Source: a virus (taxonomy: Duplodnaviria > Caudoviricetes). Taken from it: a stretch of DNA of 53,927 bases. The DNA is taken from IMG/VR virus record IMGVR_UViG_3300032299_000709, positions 1-53,927 of that record. The stretch is one strand, 5' to 3'. Below, piece by piece: positions 18,784-29,488 of this stretch. A program made the translations under genes and the position numbers. Position 1 is the first letter of the stretch. Each line of letters begins with the position of its first letter. The notes under the pieces are model-generated. The model made no database searches. It was not told the DNA's origin and worked only from the letters and a program-made list of their open reading frames with translations.

Positions 18784-19206
18784 ATGGCAAAAAAAGAAGT
18801 AGTCGCAGGCATTGAGATCCTAGACGACACACCAACAATTGATCCTGTTTCCCAAGTTGCAGACCTTCGCGAGCTTGCTGCAAGCGAAGCCTTTATGAAC
18901 GAGCTGGTTGAAGTTATGGTGCATTCCAGCACCGACGAAAACCAAGCCCCTCACGTAATTCTTAATTGCAACGGGACCAACCAGCCTATCCTGCGCGGCG
19001 TGCCAACACGCGTTCGTCGCAAGTATGTTGAGATCTTGGCACGTATGAAGGAAACCAAATACAGCCAAGTAACTCGCAACCCAGCAGCGCCTGATCAAAT
19101 CGACATGATTGCGCGCCACGGCTTGGCCTATCCTTTTGAAATGCTGGCCGACGAAAATCCTCGTGGCCGCGCATGGCTTCAAAACGTATTGGCTGAACCT
19201 GCTTAA
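18784..19206 (+). CDS. hypothetical head-tail region protein
   Basis: GGAG SD; NG....I.RG...V.RKYVEIL pattern. Confidence 0.7.
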   Translation: MAKKEVVAGIEILDDTPTIDPVSQVADLRELAASEAFMNELVEVMVHSSTDENQAPHVILNCNGTNQPILRGVPTRVRRKYVEILARMKETKYSQVTRNPAAPDQIDMIARHGLAYPFEMLADENPRGRAWLQNVLAEPA

Positions 19207-19221
19207 ACACAGGGCGACCCA

Positions 19222-19914
19222 GTGAACTATCTCCAGCTTATCAACCGACTGCGCGTGGAGTGCGGCGTCTCTGGCGCCAGCACGCCGCTGATCACCGTTA
19301 CTGGTTTGACCGGCGAGTCTTACCGGATGGCAAGCTGGATCAATACTGCTTGGGTCGATGTGCAAACGGCCAAGGAAGATTGGCAGTGGATGCGTAATCC
19401 GGTGGAATTTAACACGGTTACGCAACAGCAAATTTACACCCCCACCCAAGCCGGTGTGGGGTCTACTTTTGGAAACTGGAAACGTGATAGTTGGCGCGCT
19501 TCGTCTGTAGGACAAAACTACAAAGACGAGCAGCTGATGAACTACATGGACTACACGACGTTCCGCAACCTGTACATGTACGGGAATATGCGCACAACGT
19601 ACGCGCGCCCTGTGGTTGTCACGGTTGACCCAGATAAGAACTTGGGTTTTGGCTCAATACCGGACCAGCCTTACGTCATTGTGGGTGAGTACTATGTTCA
19701 GCCAACAGAGTTTGCATTGGCCACTGATGCGCCGCCTACTGTGTTTCCTGACCGCTTTCAGATGATGATCGTCTACAGAGCGATGATGTTTTACGGCGGC
19801 TATGAATCAGCGCCAGAAGTCTATCAACGTGGTGAATTTGAATTTAAAAGGTTGATGAACCGATTGGACATCGACCAACTGCCAACAGTCGTCAGCGGCC
19901 CGCCGCTTGCATAA
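19222..19914 (+). CDS. head-tail adaptor (tail tubular protein A-like)
   Basis: MNYLQLINRL N-terminus, PDQPY, P..F.MMIVYRA. Confidence 0.7.
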   Translation: MNYLQLINRLRVECGVSGASTPLITVTGLTGESYRMASWINTAWVDVQTAKEDWQWMRNPVEFNTVTQQQIYTPTQAGVGSTFGNWKRDSWRASSVGQNYKDEQLMNYMDYTTFRNLYMYGNMRTTYARPVVVTVDPDKNLGFGSIPDQPYVIVGEYYVQPTEFALATDAPPTVFPDRFQMMIVYRAMMFYGGYESAPEVYQRGEFEFKRLMNRLDIDQLPTVVSGPPLA

Positions 19915-19923
19915 GGCGCATAA

Positions 19924-21969
19924 ATGCAGCTGACCACGCCCAAAGTTAACTACGATCTAATTCGCCTTGGTGGCGGTTTGGATCAGGTAACTCCCACGCT
20001 TTCTTTGCCACCGGGTGTTGTTCGCCGCGCGGCAAACTTTGAGTGTTCAATTACCGGCGGCTACACCCGCATTGCTGGCTATGAGCGTTTTGATGGCAGG
20101 CCCAGTCCGTCTGCTGCCAATTACAATATTTTGGTTTGCACGTTTACGGCCACGGTTACCGTTGGCCAAACGGTTACCGGCAGCGTGTCAGGGGCAACAG
20201 GTCGCGTCATTGTGGTAAATACGACTTCTTTGGTTGTTACCCGAGAAACCGGGGCCTTTGTTGCCGGAGATGTTTTAAACAATGGCTCCGGTTTTGTGGG
20301 CACCATCACGGCGGTGCAAGGCGTGTCAGCCGATGGGTTGACTGACGCACAATACCAAAATCTTGCAGCCGACAACTACCGCGCTGACATCACTGCCGTG
20401 CCCGGATCAGGATCTGTTCTTGGAGTAGCGTATTACAACGGCACGGTATACGCATGGCGCAATAACGCTGGCGGCACTGCCGCCGTGATGCACCGGTCAA
20501 GCAGCTCTGGCTGGACTGCGATCACGCTTGGCAAAACCATGTCGTTTGATAATGGCGTGCTGCTGATACCAGACGGCGTTACCTTAACCGGTCAAAGCAG
20601 TGGGGCTACCGGCGTGGTTGCTCGTACGGTTCTTGAAGACGGCACTTATGGTTCAAGCGACGCGGCCGGACAATTGATTTTGTCTAGCGTTACTGGAACG
20701 TTTACGGTTGGCGAGAATTTGCGTATAGGTGCTACTACTTACGCGCGCGTTTTGACCGCGCCCGTACAAATCACTTTAACGGCTGGCGGTCGTTACGAAA
20801 CCACCGTTGCAAACTTTGGCGGTGGCACGGCAAATTACAAATTGTATGGAGTAAGCGGTACAAACAATGCTTTTGAGTTTGATGGCACGACCTATGTGCC
20901 AATCAGAACCGGCATGGCCGTTGACACGCCTTCACACATTTGCTTTCACAAACAGCATTTGTTTTTGAGCTTTAACGCTTCTGTGCAATTTTCAGCCCTT
21001 GGTTTTCCTTACCAGTGGACACCTTTGCTAGGCGCCGGCGAAATTGCAATGAACGCGGAAGTTACCAACTTGCTGGTGTTGCCGGGCGACCAATCAAGTG
21101 GCGCTCTAGGCGTTTACACCCGCAACGATACATCTGTGCTGTACGGCACAAGTTCAGCCAACTTTAGCCTATCGACATTTAACTCCGGCACCGGAGCATT
21201 TCCTTACACCGCACAAAACATGGATCAAGCCTATGTGCTTGACGACCGAGGCATCATGAGTTTAGGAACGTCTCTAAACTTTGGTAACTTCGTGCCAGCG
21301 GCGTTGACCATGAACATTCCTAAATTTATTGAGCAACACCGTGGGCTGTCTGTTGGCAGTACGGTCAACCGGGACAAGGGCCAGTACCGAGTGTTCTTTT
21401 CAGACGGATCAGCTCTTTACTTGACAATCCTAAACGGCCGAGTCTTAGGCAGCATGCCAATGCAGTTTCAACACAATATTAACTGTGCAATTGACAGCGA
21501 AAAGCCCAACGGCGGCACGGTCCAATTCTTTGGTTCAACCAACGGCTACGTGTACCAAATGGATCTGGGCACGAGTTTTGACGGCGAGCAAATTCCGGCC
21601 AACATAAACTTGGTCTACAACTCCATAAAATCGCCACGAATTTTGAAACGGTATCGCAAAGCTACCGTAGAATTGTCAGGGGATTCCTACGCCGAAATTC
21701 AATTTGGCTATGACCTTGGCTACCGTACAACAGCATTGACTCAAGCCGAAAACGCTTCATACCAAAACGATTTGCGTTCTAGTTATTGGGATGAAATGGT
21801 TTGGGACAATTTTGTGTGGGATGGATCTGACATATCTCCGTCTGAGATTGAGATTTCGGGAACTGCTGAAAACATAGCTATCCGCATTTCTTCAAACTCT
21901 GACCTTCTTCAGTCTTTCACGGTGAATAACATCATTGTGCATTACACCTTACGTCGAGGACTCCGATGA
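19924..21969 (+). CDS. tail nozzle/stabilization protein (tubular B-like)
   Basis: 681 aa beta-rich, GGL near N-terminus, follows the adaptor. Confidence 0.7.
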   Translation: MQLTTPKVNYDLIRLGGGLDQVTPTLSLPPGVVRRAANFECSITGGYTRIAGYERFDGRPSPSAANYNILVCTFTATVTVGQTVTGSVSGATGRVIVVNTTSLVVTRETGAFVAGDVLNNGSGFVGTITAVQGVSADGLTDAQYQNLAADNYRADITAVPGSGSVLGVAYYNGTVYAWRNNAGGTAAVMHRSSSSGWTAITLGKTMSFDNGVLLIPDGVTLTGQSSGATGVVARTVLEDGTYGSSDAAGQLILSSVTGTFTVGENLRIGATTYARVLTAPVQITLTAGGRYETTVANFGGGTANYKLYGVSGTNNAFEFDGTTYVPIRTGMAVDTPSHICFHKQHLFLSFNASVQFSALGFPYQWTPLLGAGEIAMNAEVTNLLVLPGDQSSGALGVYTRNDTSVLYGTSSANFSLSTFNSGTGAFPYTAQNMDQAYVLDDRGIMSLGTSLNFGNFVPAALTMNIPKFIEQHRGLSVGSTVNRDKGQYRVFFSDGSALYLTILNGRVLGSMPMQFQHNINCAIDSEKPNGGTVQFFGSTNGYVYQMDLGTSFDGEQIPANINLVYNSIKSPRILKRYRKATVELSGDSYAEIQFGYDLGYRTTALTQAENASYQNDLRSSYWDEMVWDNFVWDGSDISPSEIEISGTAENIAIRISSNSDLLQSFTVNNIIVHYTLRRGLR

Positions 21970-24551
21970 GCAATCCGTACTATACCCACACCACCTACCC
22001 AACGCCCAACTCGCCCGGCTCATCGGCAACGATGCGCAATGAGTTGGAAAACGTTACCCTTGGTTTTGATCTGTTGCCAACTTTGGCTGGCAACGGTTAC
22101 AAGGTGGCAATGGTTAATTCTGCGGGTACAGCTTTAATTGCTTCAGCGGCTTTGCAGTCTTTGGCCATTACGGCTTCGACAATCAATAGCACAGCGATTG
22201 GCGCAACTACAGCATCGACTGGCGCGTTTACTACCGTTTCAGCAAGCGGCGGTTTTACCGGCAACATTACCGGCAACATCACCGGCAACGTGACCGGTAA
22301 CGTGACCGGCAACTTGACCGGCAACGTAACTTCGTCCGGGTCCAACAGCTTTGCCAGCGTGACCATCTCTGGCGGCACAATTAACGGTACCACGATTGGC
22401 GCTTCCTCAGCTACCACGATTCAAGGCACAACAATCACAGCAACGGTTGGGTTTGTTGGTGGTTTAACCGGCGCCGTGGTTGGTAATGTGACCGGCAATT
22501 TGACGGGCAACGTTACCGCAGCAAGCGGCACGTCAACTTTTAACAACGTGACAGTTTCCGGCACTTTGGCTGGCACTTTAACCGGCAACGTTACCGCGTC
22601 TTCAGGCACGTCCACTTTTAACGACGTAACCATCAACGGTTCGTTGGACATGAACTCGGCTACGGGCAGCACGATCTCGGGATTGAGCACGCCAACAAAC
22701 GCGACAGACGCAGCCAATAAAGGCTATGTCGACACGGCAGACGCGCTTAAGTTGAACCTAACTGGCGGCACGATGTCCGGCGCCATTGCAATGGGCACCG
22801 CCAAGATCACAGGCTTAGGCGATCCAACAGCTGCGCAAGACGCGGCGACCAAAAATTACGTTGACAACACGGTCCAAGGTTTAGACGCTAAAGCATCTTG
22901 CCGTGCCGGAACAACAGCCAACATTACCTTAAGCGGCACGCAAACAATCGATGGCGTGGCCGTGATTGCAGGCGACCGGGTTCTGGTTAAGGATCAAACC
23001 ACTACGGCTAACAACGGCATTTACGTTGCGGCTGCTAGTACGTGGGCTCGGTCTACCGACGCAGACACTTGGGATGAATTGGTCCACGCTTACACGTTTG
23101 TGGAATCCGGCACTGTCAACTCCAACAACGGTTTTGTTTGCACGATAGCTGCGGGCGGCACGCTTGGCAGCACATCGGTAACTTGGGTCCAGTTCTCAGG
23201 CGCTGGCCAGATCACAGCTGGCGCGGGTTTGACAAAGACCGGCAACACGCTGGATGTCGGCACCGCATCAAGCTCACGCATTGTTGTCAACTCCGACAAC
23301 ATCGACTTGGCCACAACGGCAGTAACCGCCGGCACGTATCAGTCGATGACCGTCGACGCCTACGGCCGCGTGACTGCTGGCACAAACCCAACAACCATTG
23401 CCGGTTACAACATTACCAACGCCTACACCAAGACTGAGGTAGACACTACGGTGTCTGGCTTGTTGGCCAAGACTGGCGGCACAATGTCCGGCGCGATTGC
23501 GATGGGCACAAACAAGCTCACCGGTGTTGGCGATCCAACAAACGCACAAGACGCGGCAACCAAGAACTACATTGACGTATTGTTTGGCAGCACAGCAGCT
23601 GCGGCAGCCTCAGCGGCTGCGGCAGCTACAAGTGCATCCAATGCCTTAACCAGCGAGAACAACGCGTCTAGCAGCGCTTCTGCTGCGTCTGGCAGTGCTT
23701 CTGCGGCTTCGGCCTCAGCAACAGCTGCTGCTGCCAGCTACGACAGTTTTGACGATCGCTACCTTGGCGCTAAAAGCTCGCCCCCTTCCGTAGACAACGA
23801 CGGCAATGCTTTGCTGGTCGGCGCTTTGTACTTTGACACAACCAGCAACTTGATGAAGGTGTACACCGGCACGGCTTGGGTCAACGCCGGTTCTTCAGTC
23901 AACGGTACGTCAGAGCGTCAAGTCTATACAGCCACTGCGGCTCAGACAACCTTTGCTGCTACTTACGACGTCGGCTATGTCGATGTCTACTTGAACGGTG
24001 TAAAGCAGCAGGTCAGCGTTGACTTTGTGGCTACCAACGGCACAAGCGTGGTGTTTGGCACGGGCCTGACAGCTGGCGACATTGTTGACATTGTGGCTTA
24101 CGGCGCGTTTGACATTGCGAACGTTTACACGCAAACGCAGTCTGACGCCAGATATTTGCAAAAAGCTGGCGGCACAATGACCGGCGCAATTGCCATGGGC
24201 ACCAGCAAGGTCACGGGCATGGGCGACCCTACTAATGCCCAAGACGCGGCCACCAAGACCTACGTTGATACCGCAGACGCCCTTAAATTGGCTTTGGCTG
24301 GCGGCACTATGTCCGGCGCAATTACTTTTGCTGGCGCTCAAACATGGCCTACGTTTAATCAAAACACAACAGGCACAGCGGCAGGTTTGTCGGCAACTTT
24401 GGCTGCTGGTTCTGGTGGTACGGGATTGACATCCCCCGGTACCGCTGGCAACGTGCTTACTTCTAGCGGGTCTGCTTGGGTTTCATCTACCCCTGCCGCC
24501 CCATTCACAACAGGTAAAGCGATTGCAATGGCAATCGTATTTGGAGGATAA
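21966..24551 (+). CDS. tail fibre protein
   Basis: TGNVTGN repeats; repeated GGTMSGAIAMG..GDPT.AQDAATK modules; NITLSGTQTIDG..GDRVLVKDQ. Confidence 0.8.
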   Translation: MSNPYYTHTTYPTPNSPGSSATMRNELENVTLGFDLLPTLAGNGYKVAMVNSAGTALIASAALQSLAITASTINSTAIGATTASTGAFTTVSASGGFTGNITGNITGNVTGNVTGNLTGNVTSSGSNSFASVTISGGTINGTTIGASSATTIQGTTITATVGFVGGLTGAVVGNVTGNLTGNVTAASGTSTFNNVTVSGTLAGTLTGNVTASSGTSTFNDVTINGSLDMNSATGSTISGLSTPTNATDAANKGYVDTADALKLNLTGGTMSGAIAMGTAKITGLGDPTAAQDAATKNYVDNTVQGLDAKASCRAGTTANITLSGTQTIDGVAVIAGDRVLVKDQTTTANNGIYVAAASTWARSTDADTWDELVHAYTFVESGTVNSNNGFVCTIAAGGTLGSTSVTWVQFSGAGQITAGAGLTKTGNTLDVGTASSSRIVVNSDNIDLATTAVTAGTYQSMTVDAYGRVTAGTNPTTIAGYNITNAYTKTEVDTTVSGLLAKTGGTMSGAIAMGTNKLTGVGDPTNAQDAATKNYIDVLFGSTAAAAASAAAAATSASNALTSENNASSSASAASGSASAASASATAAAASYDSFDDRYLGAKSSPPSVDNDGNALLVGALYFDTTSNLMKVYTGTAWVNAGSSVNGTSERQVYTATAAQTTFAATYDVGYVDVYLNGVKQQVSVDFVATNGTSVVFGTGLTAGDIVDIVAYGAFDIANVYTQTQSDARYLQKAGGTMTGAIAMGTSKVTGMGDPTNAQDAATKTYVDTADALKLALAGGTMSGAITFAGAQTWPTFNQNTTGTAAGLSATLAAGSGGTGLTSPGTAGNVLTSSGSAWVSSTPAAPFTTGKAIAMAIVFGG

Positions 24552-24554
24552 ATC

Positions 24555-24929
24555 ATGGCAGCACCTAATATCGTCAACGTCACAACCATTATTGGCAAGA
24601 CGGCAAACGCAACCCCATCAGACACTTCGGCTAACGTGCTGTTAGCCAACGCCGCAAGCAGCGGCAAAGTGTTTAAAGTCGACATGGTTGTTGCAGCCAA
24701 CATTGATGGCGCGGCTACCTATGCGGCAACGGTTGCGATCAACACGGCTGCTGATGGCTCCGGCACATCTTATGCCCTTGCGTCAACTGTTGATGTGCCC
24801 AATGACGCCGCGCTAATCGTTATCGACAAAAGCACCAGTTTTTACCTTGAAGAAAACCGATCCATTGTTGTCACTAGCAGCTCGGCAAGCAAAATTGCCT
24901 ACACCGTTAGCTACGAGGAAATCTCCTAA
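24555..24929 (+). CDS. tail fibre-associated protein
   Basis: MAAPNIVNV...YLEE...SYEEIS; follows fibre ending KAIAMAIVFGG. Confidence 0.65.
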   Translation: MAAPNIVNVTTIIGKTANATPSDTSANVLLANAASSGKVFKVDMVVAANIDGAATYAATVAINTAADGSGTSYALASTVDVPNDAALIVIDKSTSFYLEENRSIVVTSSSASKIAYTVSYEEIS

Positions 24930-24940
24930 AGGAGCGGTTT

Positions 24941-25813
24941 ATGTCAAATAGATATTTAGGCGGTTACATTACCGCAACGTTTAATCCTTTGACTGGAACT
25001 CCGCCGACAGAGGTAGAGTACCTTGTCGTCGCAGGTGGCGGGGGCGGTGGATCATATCGTGCCGGTGGCGGCGGCGCCGGTGGTTATAGAACAGCAGCTA
25101 GCTTTGCAGTTACTGCGGGCTCTGCAATAACAGTAACTGTCGGCGCTGGAGGTGCTGGCGGTACAGCTACTAACAGTGGCGCTCAAGGATCAAATTCAGT
25201 ATTTTCAACTATTACCTCGGCTGGAGGCGGTGGTGGTGCGGGGGCGGGTTCGGGTGTTGGAGGTTCTGGTGGTTCTGGCGGTGGTGGTACTTCTAACAGT
25301 CAGGCTGGTGGCGCTGGTAATACACCATCAACAAGCCCATCACAAGGTAACGCTGGTGGCACAGGCGCTAGTTTTAGTGGTAAATATGGTGCTGGTGGTG
25401 GCGGCGGTGCGTCTGCTGTTGGTGCTAATGGAACAACGTCAGTGGGCGGCAATGGTGGAGCAGGAACTGCATCAAGCATTTCTGGAACATCGACTATTTA
25501 TGCTGGCGGTGGTGGTGGTGGTGCAATCTTTACTGCACCCTCTTCATCCGGTGGCGCTGGCGGTGGTGGTGGAAGTCCGACAAACTCAAATGGAACTGCT
25601 GGCACAGCAAACACTGGCGGGGGTGGTGGGGGTGCAAACTCTACCGATGACACTACAGTCCACAATGGCGGCGCGGGGGGTTCTGGCATTGTGATTATTC
25701 GTTATGCGGACACTTTTGGCGCTGCTGTATCTACAACAGGATCCCCAACAATCACAGTTGCCGGTGGTTATCGCGTTTACACATTTACAGCCTCTGGCTC
25801 AATTACATTCTGA
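24941..25813 (+). CDS. glycine-rich tail/receptor-binding protein, paralog 1
   Basis: VEYLVVAGGGGG...GGSGIVIIRY...YTFTASGSITF. Confidence 0.75.
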   Translation: MSNRYLGGYITATFNPLTGTPPTEVEYLVVAGGGGGGSYRAGGGGAGGYRTAASFAVTAGSAITVTVGAGGAGGTATNSGAQGSNSVFSTITSAGGGGGAGAGSGVGGSGGSGGGGTSNSQAGGAGNTPSTSPSQGNAGGTGASFSGKYGAGGGGGASAVGANGTTSVGGNGGAGTASSISGTSTIYAGGGGGGAIFTAPSSSGGAGGGGGSPTNSNGTAGTANTGGGGGGANSTDDTTVHNGGAGGSGIVIIRYADTFGAAVSTTGSPTITVAGGYRVYTFTASGSITF

Positions 25814-25821
25814 GGTAAACC

Positions 25822-26715
25822 ATGGGACAGTATTCTGGAATTTACACATTGAGCCAGCAGTCGCAAGCTAAGGGGGCTGATAATTGGCCGCTTCCTGCTG
25901 GCTTGGTAACAGCAGTTGAATATCTCGTTATTGCTGGTGGAGGTGGCGGGGGTGGTGGTTCAGCGGGTGGTGGTGGCGCAGGTGGTTACAGAACGGCATC
26001 GGGATTTGCAGTTAGTGCAGGCTCTGCCATTACAGTAACCGTAGGTGCTGGCGGTGCTGGTGGAGTAAGTGAAGGCAACGGTGTCAACGGCGGAAATTCT
26101 GTTTTTTCAACTATTACCTCTAGCGGTGGCGGTGGCGGCGGCGGGACAGGTGCGACTGGAAGCGCGGGTGGCTCTGGCGGCGGCGGTGGATACCAATCAA
26201 ATGGTGGCGCAGGAAATACTCCATCAACTTCACCATCACAAGGCAACAGTGGTGGCAATGGTATTGCAAATGGCGTTCATGGAGGCGGAGGTGGCGCTGG
26301 CGCGGCGGGTGATAACGGCACAGTTGGACAAGCTGGCGCTGGCGGAAGTGGTTTATCATCTTCTATTACGGGTAGTGCGGTTATTCGCGCTGGTGGCGGT
26401 GGTGGCGGATTCAACGACGCGGGCTCAACCCCAGATACGCAAGCAGGAGCTGGCGGTGCTGGAGGCGGTGGCGCTGGCGGCACTGGTAATAATGTTGGAA
26501 CTGCTGGAACTGCTAATACTGGTGGCGGTGGTGGTGGAGGTTCGTACCCCAGCGGCCCCGGTTTTAACGGCGGTGCGGGTGGCTCTGGTATTGTGATTAT
26601 TCGCTATCTCAGCACGTTCGACCCTGCTAGCTCTACAACGGGATCCCCCACAATTACAGTTGCCAATGGCTACCGTATTTATCAGTGGACTGCTTCCGGT
26701 TCAATCACTTTCTAA
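25822..26715 (+). CDS. glycine-rich tail/receptor-binding protein, paralog 2
   Basis: Same architecture as 24941..25813. Confidence 0.75.
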   Translation: MGQYSGIYTLSQQSQAKGADNWPLPAGLVTAVEYLVIAGGGGGGGGSAGGGGAGGYRTASGFAVSAGSAITVTVGAGGAGGVSEGNGVNGGNSVFSTITSSGGGGGGGTGATGSAGGSGGGGGYQSNGGAGNTPSTSPSQGNSGGNGIANGVHGGGGGAGAAGDNGTVGQAGAGGSGLSSSITGSAVIRAGGGGGGFNDAGSTPDTQAGAGGAGGGGAGGTGNNVGTAGTANTGGGGGGGSYPSGPGFNGGAGGSGIVIIRYLSTFDPASSTTGSPTITVANGYRIYQWTASGSITF

Positions 26716-26727
26716 GGAGAACAAAAC

Positions 26728-27093
26728 ATGGCACATTTTGCAGAAATCGGTTTGAACAACATTGTCTTGCGTGTAATCGTTGTGCACAACAACGACTGTT
26801 TACTTAATGGTGTAGAAACAGAATCCGTTGGCGCTGAGTTTTGCCGCAACCTTCTTGGCGGCACTTGGGTGCAGACCAGCTACAACGGCACAATTCGTAA
26901 AAACTACGCTGGCGCAGGTTTTACTTACGACTCACAACGCAACGCGTTTATCCCACCTAAGCCATACGCAAGCTGGGTGCTGAATGAAACAACTTGCAAT
27001 TGGGACGCGCCTGTTGCATATCCAACGGATGGCAAAATGTATCGTTGGGACGAAACAACAACAGCATGGGTTGAGGTAACTCCAAATGTCTAA
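26728..27093 (+). CDS. tail fibre assembly/accessory protein
   Basis: MAHFA...WVQTSYN...RKNYAG.G..YD...AFIPPKPY.SW. Confidence 0.7.
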   Translation: MAHFAEIGLNNIVLRVIVVHNNDCLLNGVETESVGAEFCRNLLGGTWVQTSYNGTIRKNYAGAGFTYDSQRNAFIPPKPYASWVLNETTCNWDAPVAYPTDGKMYRWDETTTAWVEVTPNV

Positions 27094-28345
27094 AGCAAAA
27101 ACACTAGCGGGAACTGTCAGTACTGGCGGCGCGCTTGAAAACCCATCGGCCATCCCAGCAGCAAACATTAGCGGCGCCGTGGGCAGCGCAACAAACTTGG
27201 CCGGCGGTTCTAACGGCACAATCCCTTACCAGTCAGCAAGCGGCACAACGCAGATGCTGGCTGTTGGTACGGCTGGTCAAGTGCTTACTTCGGCAGGGGC
27301 TGCTGCGCCTACGTGGTCGGCTCCTGCGGCTACTGGTGTTACATCAGTCGCGGCAACAGTGCCGAGTATTTTCAGTATTGCCGGTAGCCCAATTACAAGC
27401 ACCGGCACTCTGGCTATGACTTATAGCGGAACGGCTCTACCGATTGCCAACGGCGGTACGGGAACAACCTCTACTACGTTTGCTAACTTGACTACAAACG
27501 TCACCGGCACTCTACCAACAGCTATTGGCGGTACGGGAACAACCTCTACTACGTTTGCTAACTTGACTACAAACGTCACCGGCACTTTACCAATTGCCAA
27601 CGGCGGTACGGGAACAACCTCAACCACGTTTGCTAACCTGACTACAAACGTCACCGGCACTCTACCAATTGCCAACGGCGGCACAAACTCTACAGCAACA
27701 GCTACTGCGGGTGGTGCTGGTTATGGTACGGGTACAGCCCTCGCTTACACAGCGGCTGGAACATCAGGTCAATTGTTACAAAGCAACGGAGCAAGCGCAC
27801 CTACTTGGGTAACGCCAAGCGCTGGCGCAATGGTAGCTATTGGTGAAACAACTTTGTCAGGATCGTCAACTACTATTTCACTCGACAATTCGACTTATTC
27901 TTCTTATTTCTTTTTAGGTTATGGTATTTCAACAACAGCAGCGGCAGCTAATATAGATTTTTATATTAGATTAAACAGTGTCTCATCGGCCTCTTATAGC
28001 TCAGGTGGTTACGCAACTGGAAATGGTACTCCGCTTGGGTATTTAAGCGGAACAAATACAAGCGAGACATATTATTCACCGCATAAATCAGGCTATAACT
28101 ATTGTGGTGTTTATACTACTATTACATATGGTTCTACTATGATGTTGCGAGTTTTTAACATTAAAAGCATAAGTCAAACCGCAAATTCTCAAACAGCTTT
28201 TATGTCAACGTGGCAGTCATCTGGTGGTAATTCACCATCTGTTGGTGCTGGTGGTTTTTCTGGCGCTGGCGTGACCTCAATAACTTTTTCATGGTCTAGC
28301 GGTTCTACAATGACAGGCAAAATTCGTGTCTACGGAATTGTTTAA
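27086..28345 (+). CDS. second tail fibre protein
   Basis: GTLPIANGGT repeats, GQVLTS.G...PTW motifs; AT-rich C-terminal domain. Confidence 0.75.
   Translation: MSKAKTLAGTVSTGGALENPSAIPAANISGAVGSATNLAGGSNGTIPYQSASGTTQMLAVGTAGQVLTSAGAAAPTWSAPAATGVTSVAATVPSIFSIAGSPITSTGTLAMTYSGTALPIANGGTGTTSTTFANLTTNVTGTLPTAIGGTGTTSTTFANLTTNVTGTLPIANGGTGTTSTTFANLTTNVTGTLPIANGGTNSTATATAGGAGYGTGTALAYTAAGTSGQLLQSNGASAPTWVTPSAGAMVAIGETTLSGSSTTISLDNSTYSSYFFLGYGISTTAAAANIDFYIRLNSVSSASYSSGGYATGNGTPLGYLSGTNTSETYYSPHKSGYNYCGVYTTITYGSTMMLRVFNIKSISQTANSQTAFMSTWQSSGGNSPSVGAGGFSGAGVTSITFSWSSGSTMTGKIRVYGIV
27436..27681 (+). repeat. 75-bp coding tandem repeat x3 plus partial
   Basis: Units start at 27436, 27511, 27586, 27661 (LPIANGGTGTTSTTFANLTTNVTGT). 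Confidence 0.85.
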
Positions 28346-28362
28346 TACTAAAGGAAAAACAA

Positions 28363-28611
28363 ATGTCTTACATAATAAATGATAACGGGGTTGAGCGTCC
28401 AGCCACGCCAGAAGAAACTGCCGTACTTGACTCAGACAAACTAAGGGCAGAACAAGCAAAGCAACAAAACGGCTACAAAATAAGCAGGGCGGCTGAGTAC
28501 CCATCAATCAATGACTACATTGATGGCATTGTCAAAGGCAACACAGCACAGGTGCAGACCTACATCGACGCTTGTCTGGCTGTCAAAGCAAAGTACCCAA
28601 AGCCGGAGTGA
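28363..28611 (+). CDS. tail fibre chaperone-like protein
   Basis: R.AEYP.I..Y.D.......CLAVKAKYPK. Confidence 0.65.
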   Translation: MSYIINDNGVERPATPEETAVLDSDKLRAEQAKQQNGYKISRAAEYPSINDYIDGIVKGNTAQVQTYIDACLAVKAKYPKPE

Positions 28612-28614
28612 TAA

Positions 28615-28812
28615 ATGGACGCCGAAATCGATAAAAGATTAGCCGTGCACGAAGCCATTTGCGCAGAACGATATAATGCCATATCGATGTCCCTGAAAAA
28701 AGGGGACCATCGTATGACCAAGATCGAGTACCTTCTGTACGCAGTGATACTGGCTGTCTTGCTTGGCCCCGGCGTTGCAGCCGAAGTCATCAAAAAACTT
28801 TTGGGATTGTAA
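28615..28812 (+). CDS. small membrane protein (holin/antiholin-like)
   Basis: HEAICAERY followed by a C-terminal TM helix. Confidence 0.6.
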   Translation: MDAEIDKRLAVHEAICAERYNAISMSLKKGDHRMTKIEYLLYAVILAVLLGPGVAAEVIKKLLGL

Positions 28813-28816
28813 CAAT

Positions 28817-29488
28817 GTGGATCCGCTCAGCATCCTTCTGGCAGCCAACACATGCGTTGCCGCAATCAAGCAAGGATGCAAGCTGTATAAAGACGCCAAA
28901 ACGTCTTTTATGGAAATTAAGAAAACTGTCGATGAAGTTGCATCAGATGTCAAAGCAGTCAGAGGGTTCTGGTCAAAGCTCTTCGGAACAGCGCCCACCG
29001 CAAGCCCCAAGTCTGTGGCGAAAAAGAAAGAGGCTTACGTTGCCGTCGACGAAACGCAAGTCCTATCAGACATCGTCACTCAACTTTCCCAATTCTTCAA
29101 ATTGCAAGAGCAACTTGCTGAACACATAAGAGCTGAAGAAGAGAAGAGCAAAACCGTTTACGACCCGGATGCCAACTTGATGGAGGCCGCTTTAAAGCGA
29201 CTCATGGCTCAAGATCAAATGGCAACACTGGAAACTGAAATACGAGAGGCAATGGTATACGGCGCTCCGAAGGAGATGGGGGCCCTGTACAGCCGAACGT
29301 TCGAAATGCGTGACATCATCAAGGCCGAGCAAGACAAAGCAAGAAAGAAGCGAGATGATAAATCATGGCAACGCAAAGAAGAGGAGAGGCTCCTAAACGA
29401 ACGTCAGGCATACCTATTGGTGACTATCCTCGGCCTCCTGTATATGTGGATGCTTCTCGGCCTCTTAAGCAGGACTGGTGGGCAGTGA
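28817..29488 (+). CDS. hypothetical coiled-coil protein with C-terminal TM
   Basis: GTG start giving MDPLSILL; hydrophobic C-terminus. Confidence 0.7.
   Translation: MDPLSILLAANTCVAAIKQGCKLYKDAKTSFMEIKKTVDEVASDVKAVRGFWSKLFGTAPTASPKSVAKKKEAYVAVDETQVLSDIVTQLSQFFKLQEQLAEHIRAEEEKSKTVYDPDANLMEAALKRLMAQDQMATLETEIREAMVYGAPKEMGALYSRTFEMRDIIKAEQDKARKKRDDKSWQRKEEERLLNERQAYLLVTILGLLYMWMLLGLLSRTGGQ

Noticed and set aside
27436-27681. CRISPR-like array (also considered 33441-33630 and 2791-2830)
   Set aside because: These are tandem repeats without unique spacers; two are in-frame coding repeats, and DUF2800 is a stand-alone Cas4-like nuclease.
21966-28345. Diversity-generating retroelement acting on tail fibres
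   Set aside because: No reverse transcriptase ORF and no TR/VR pair differing only at adenines was seen.
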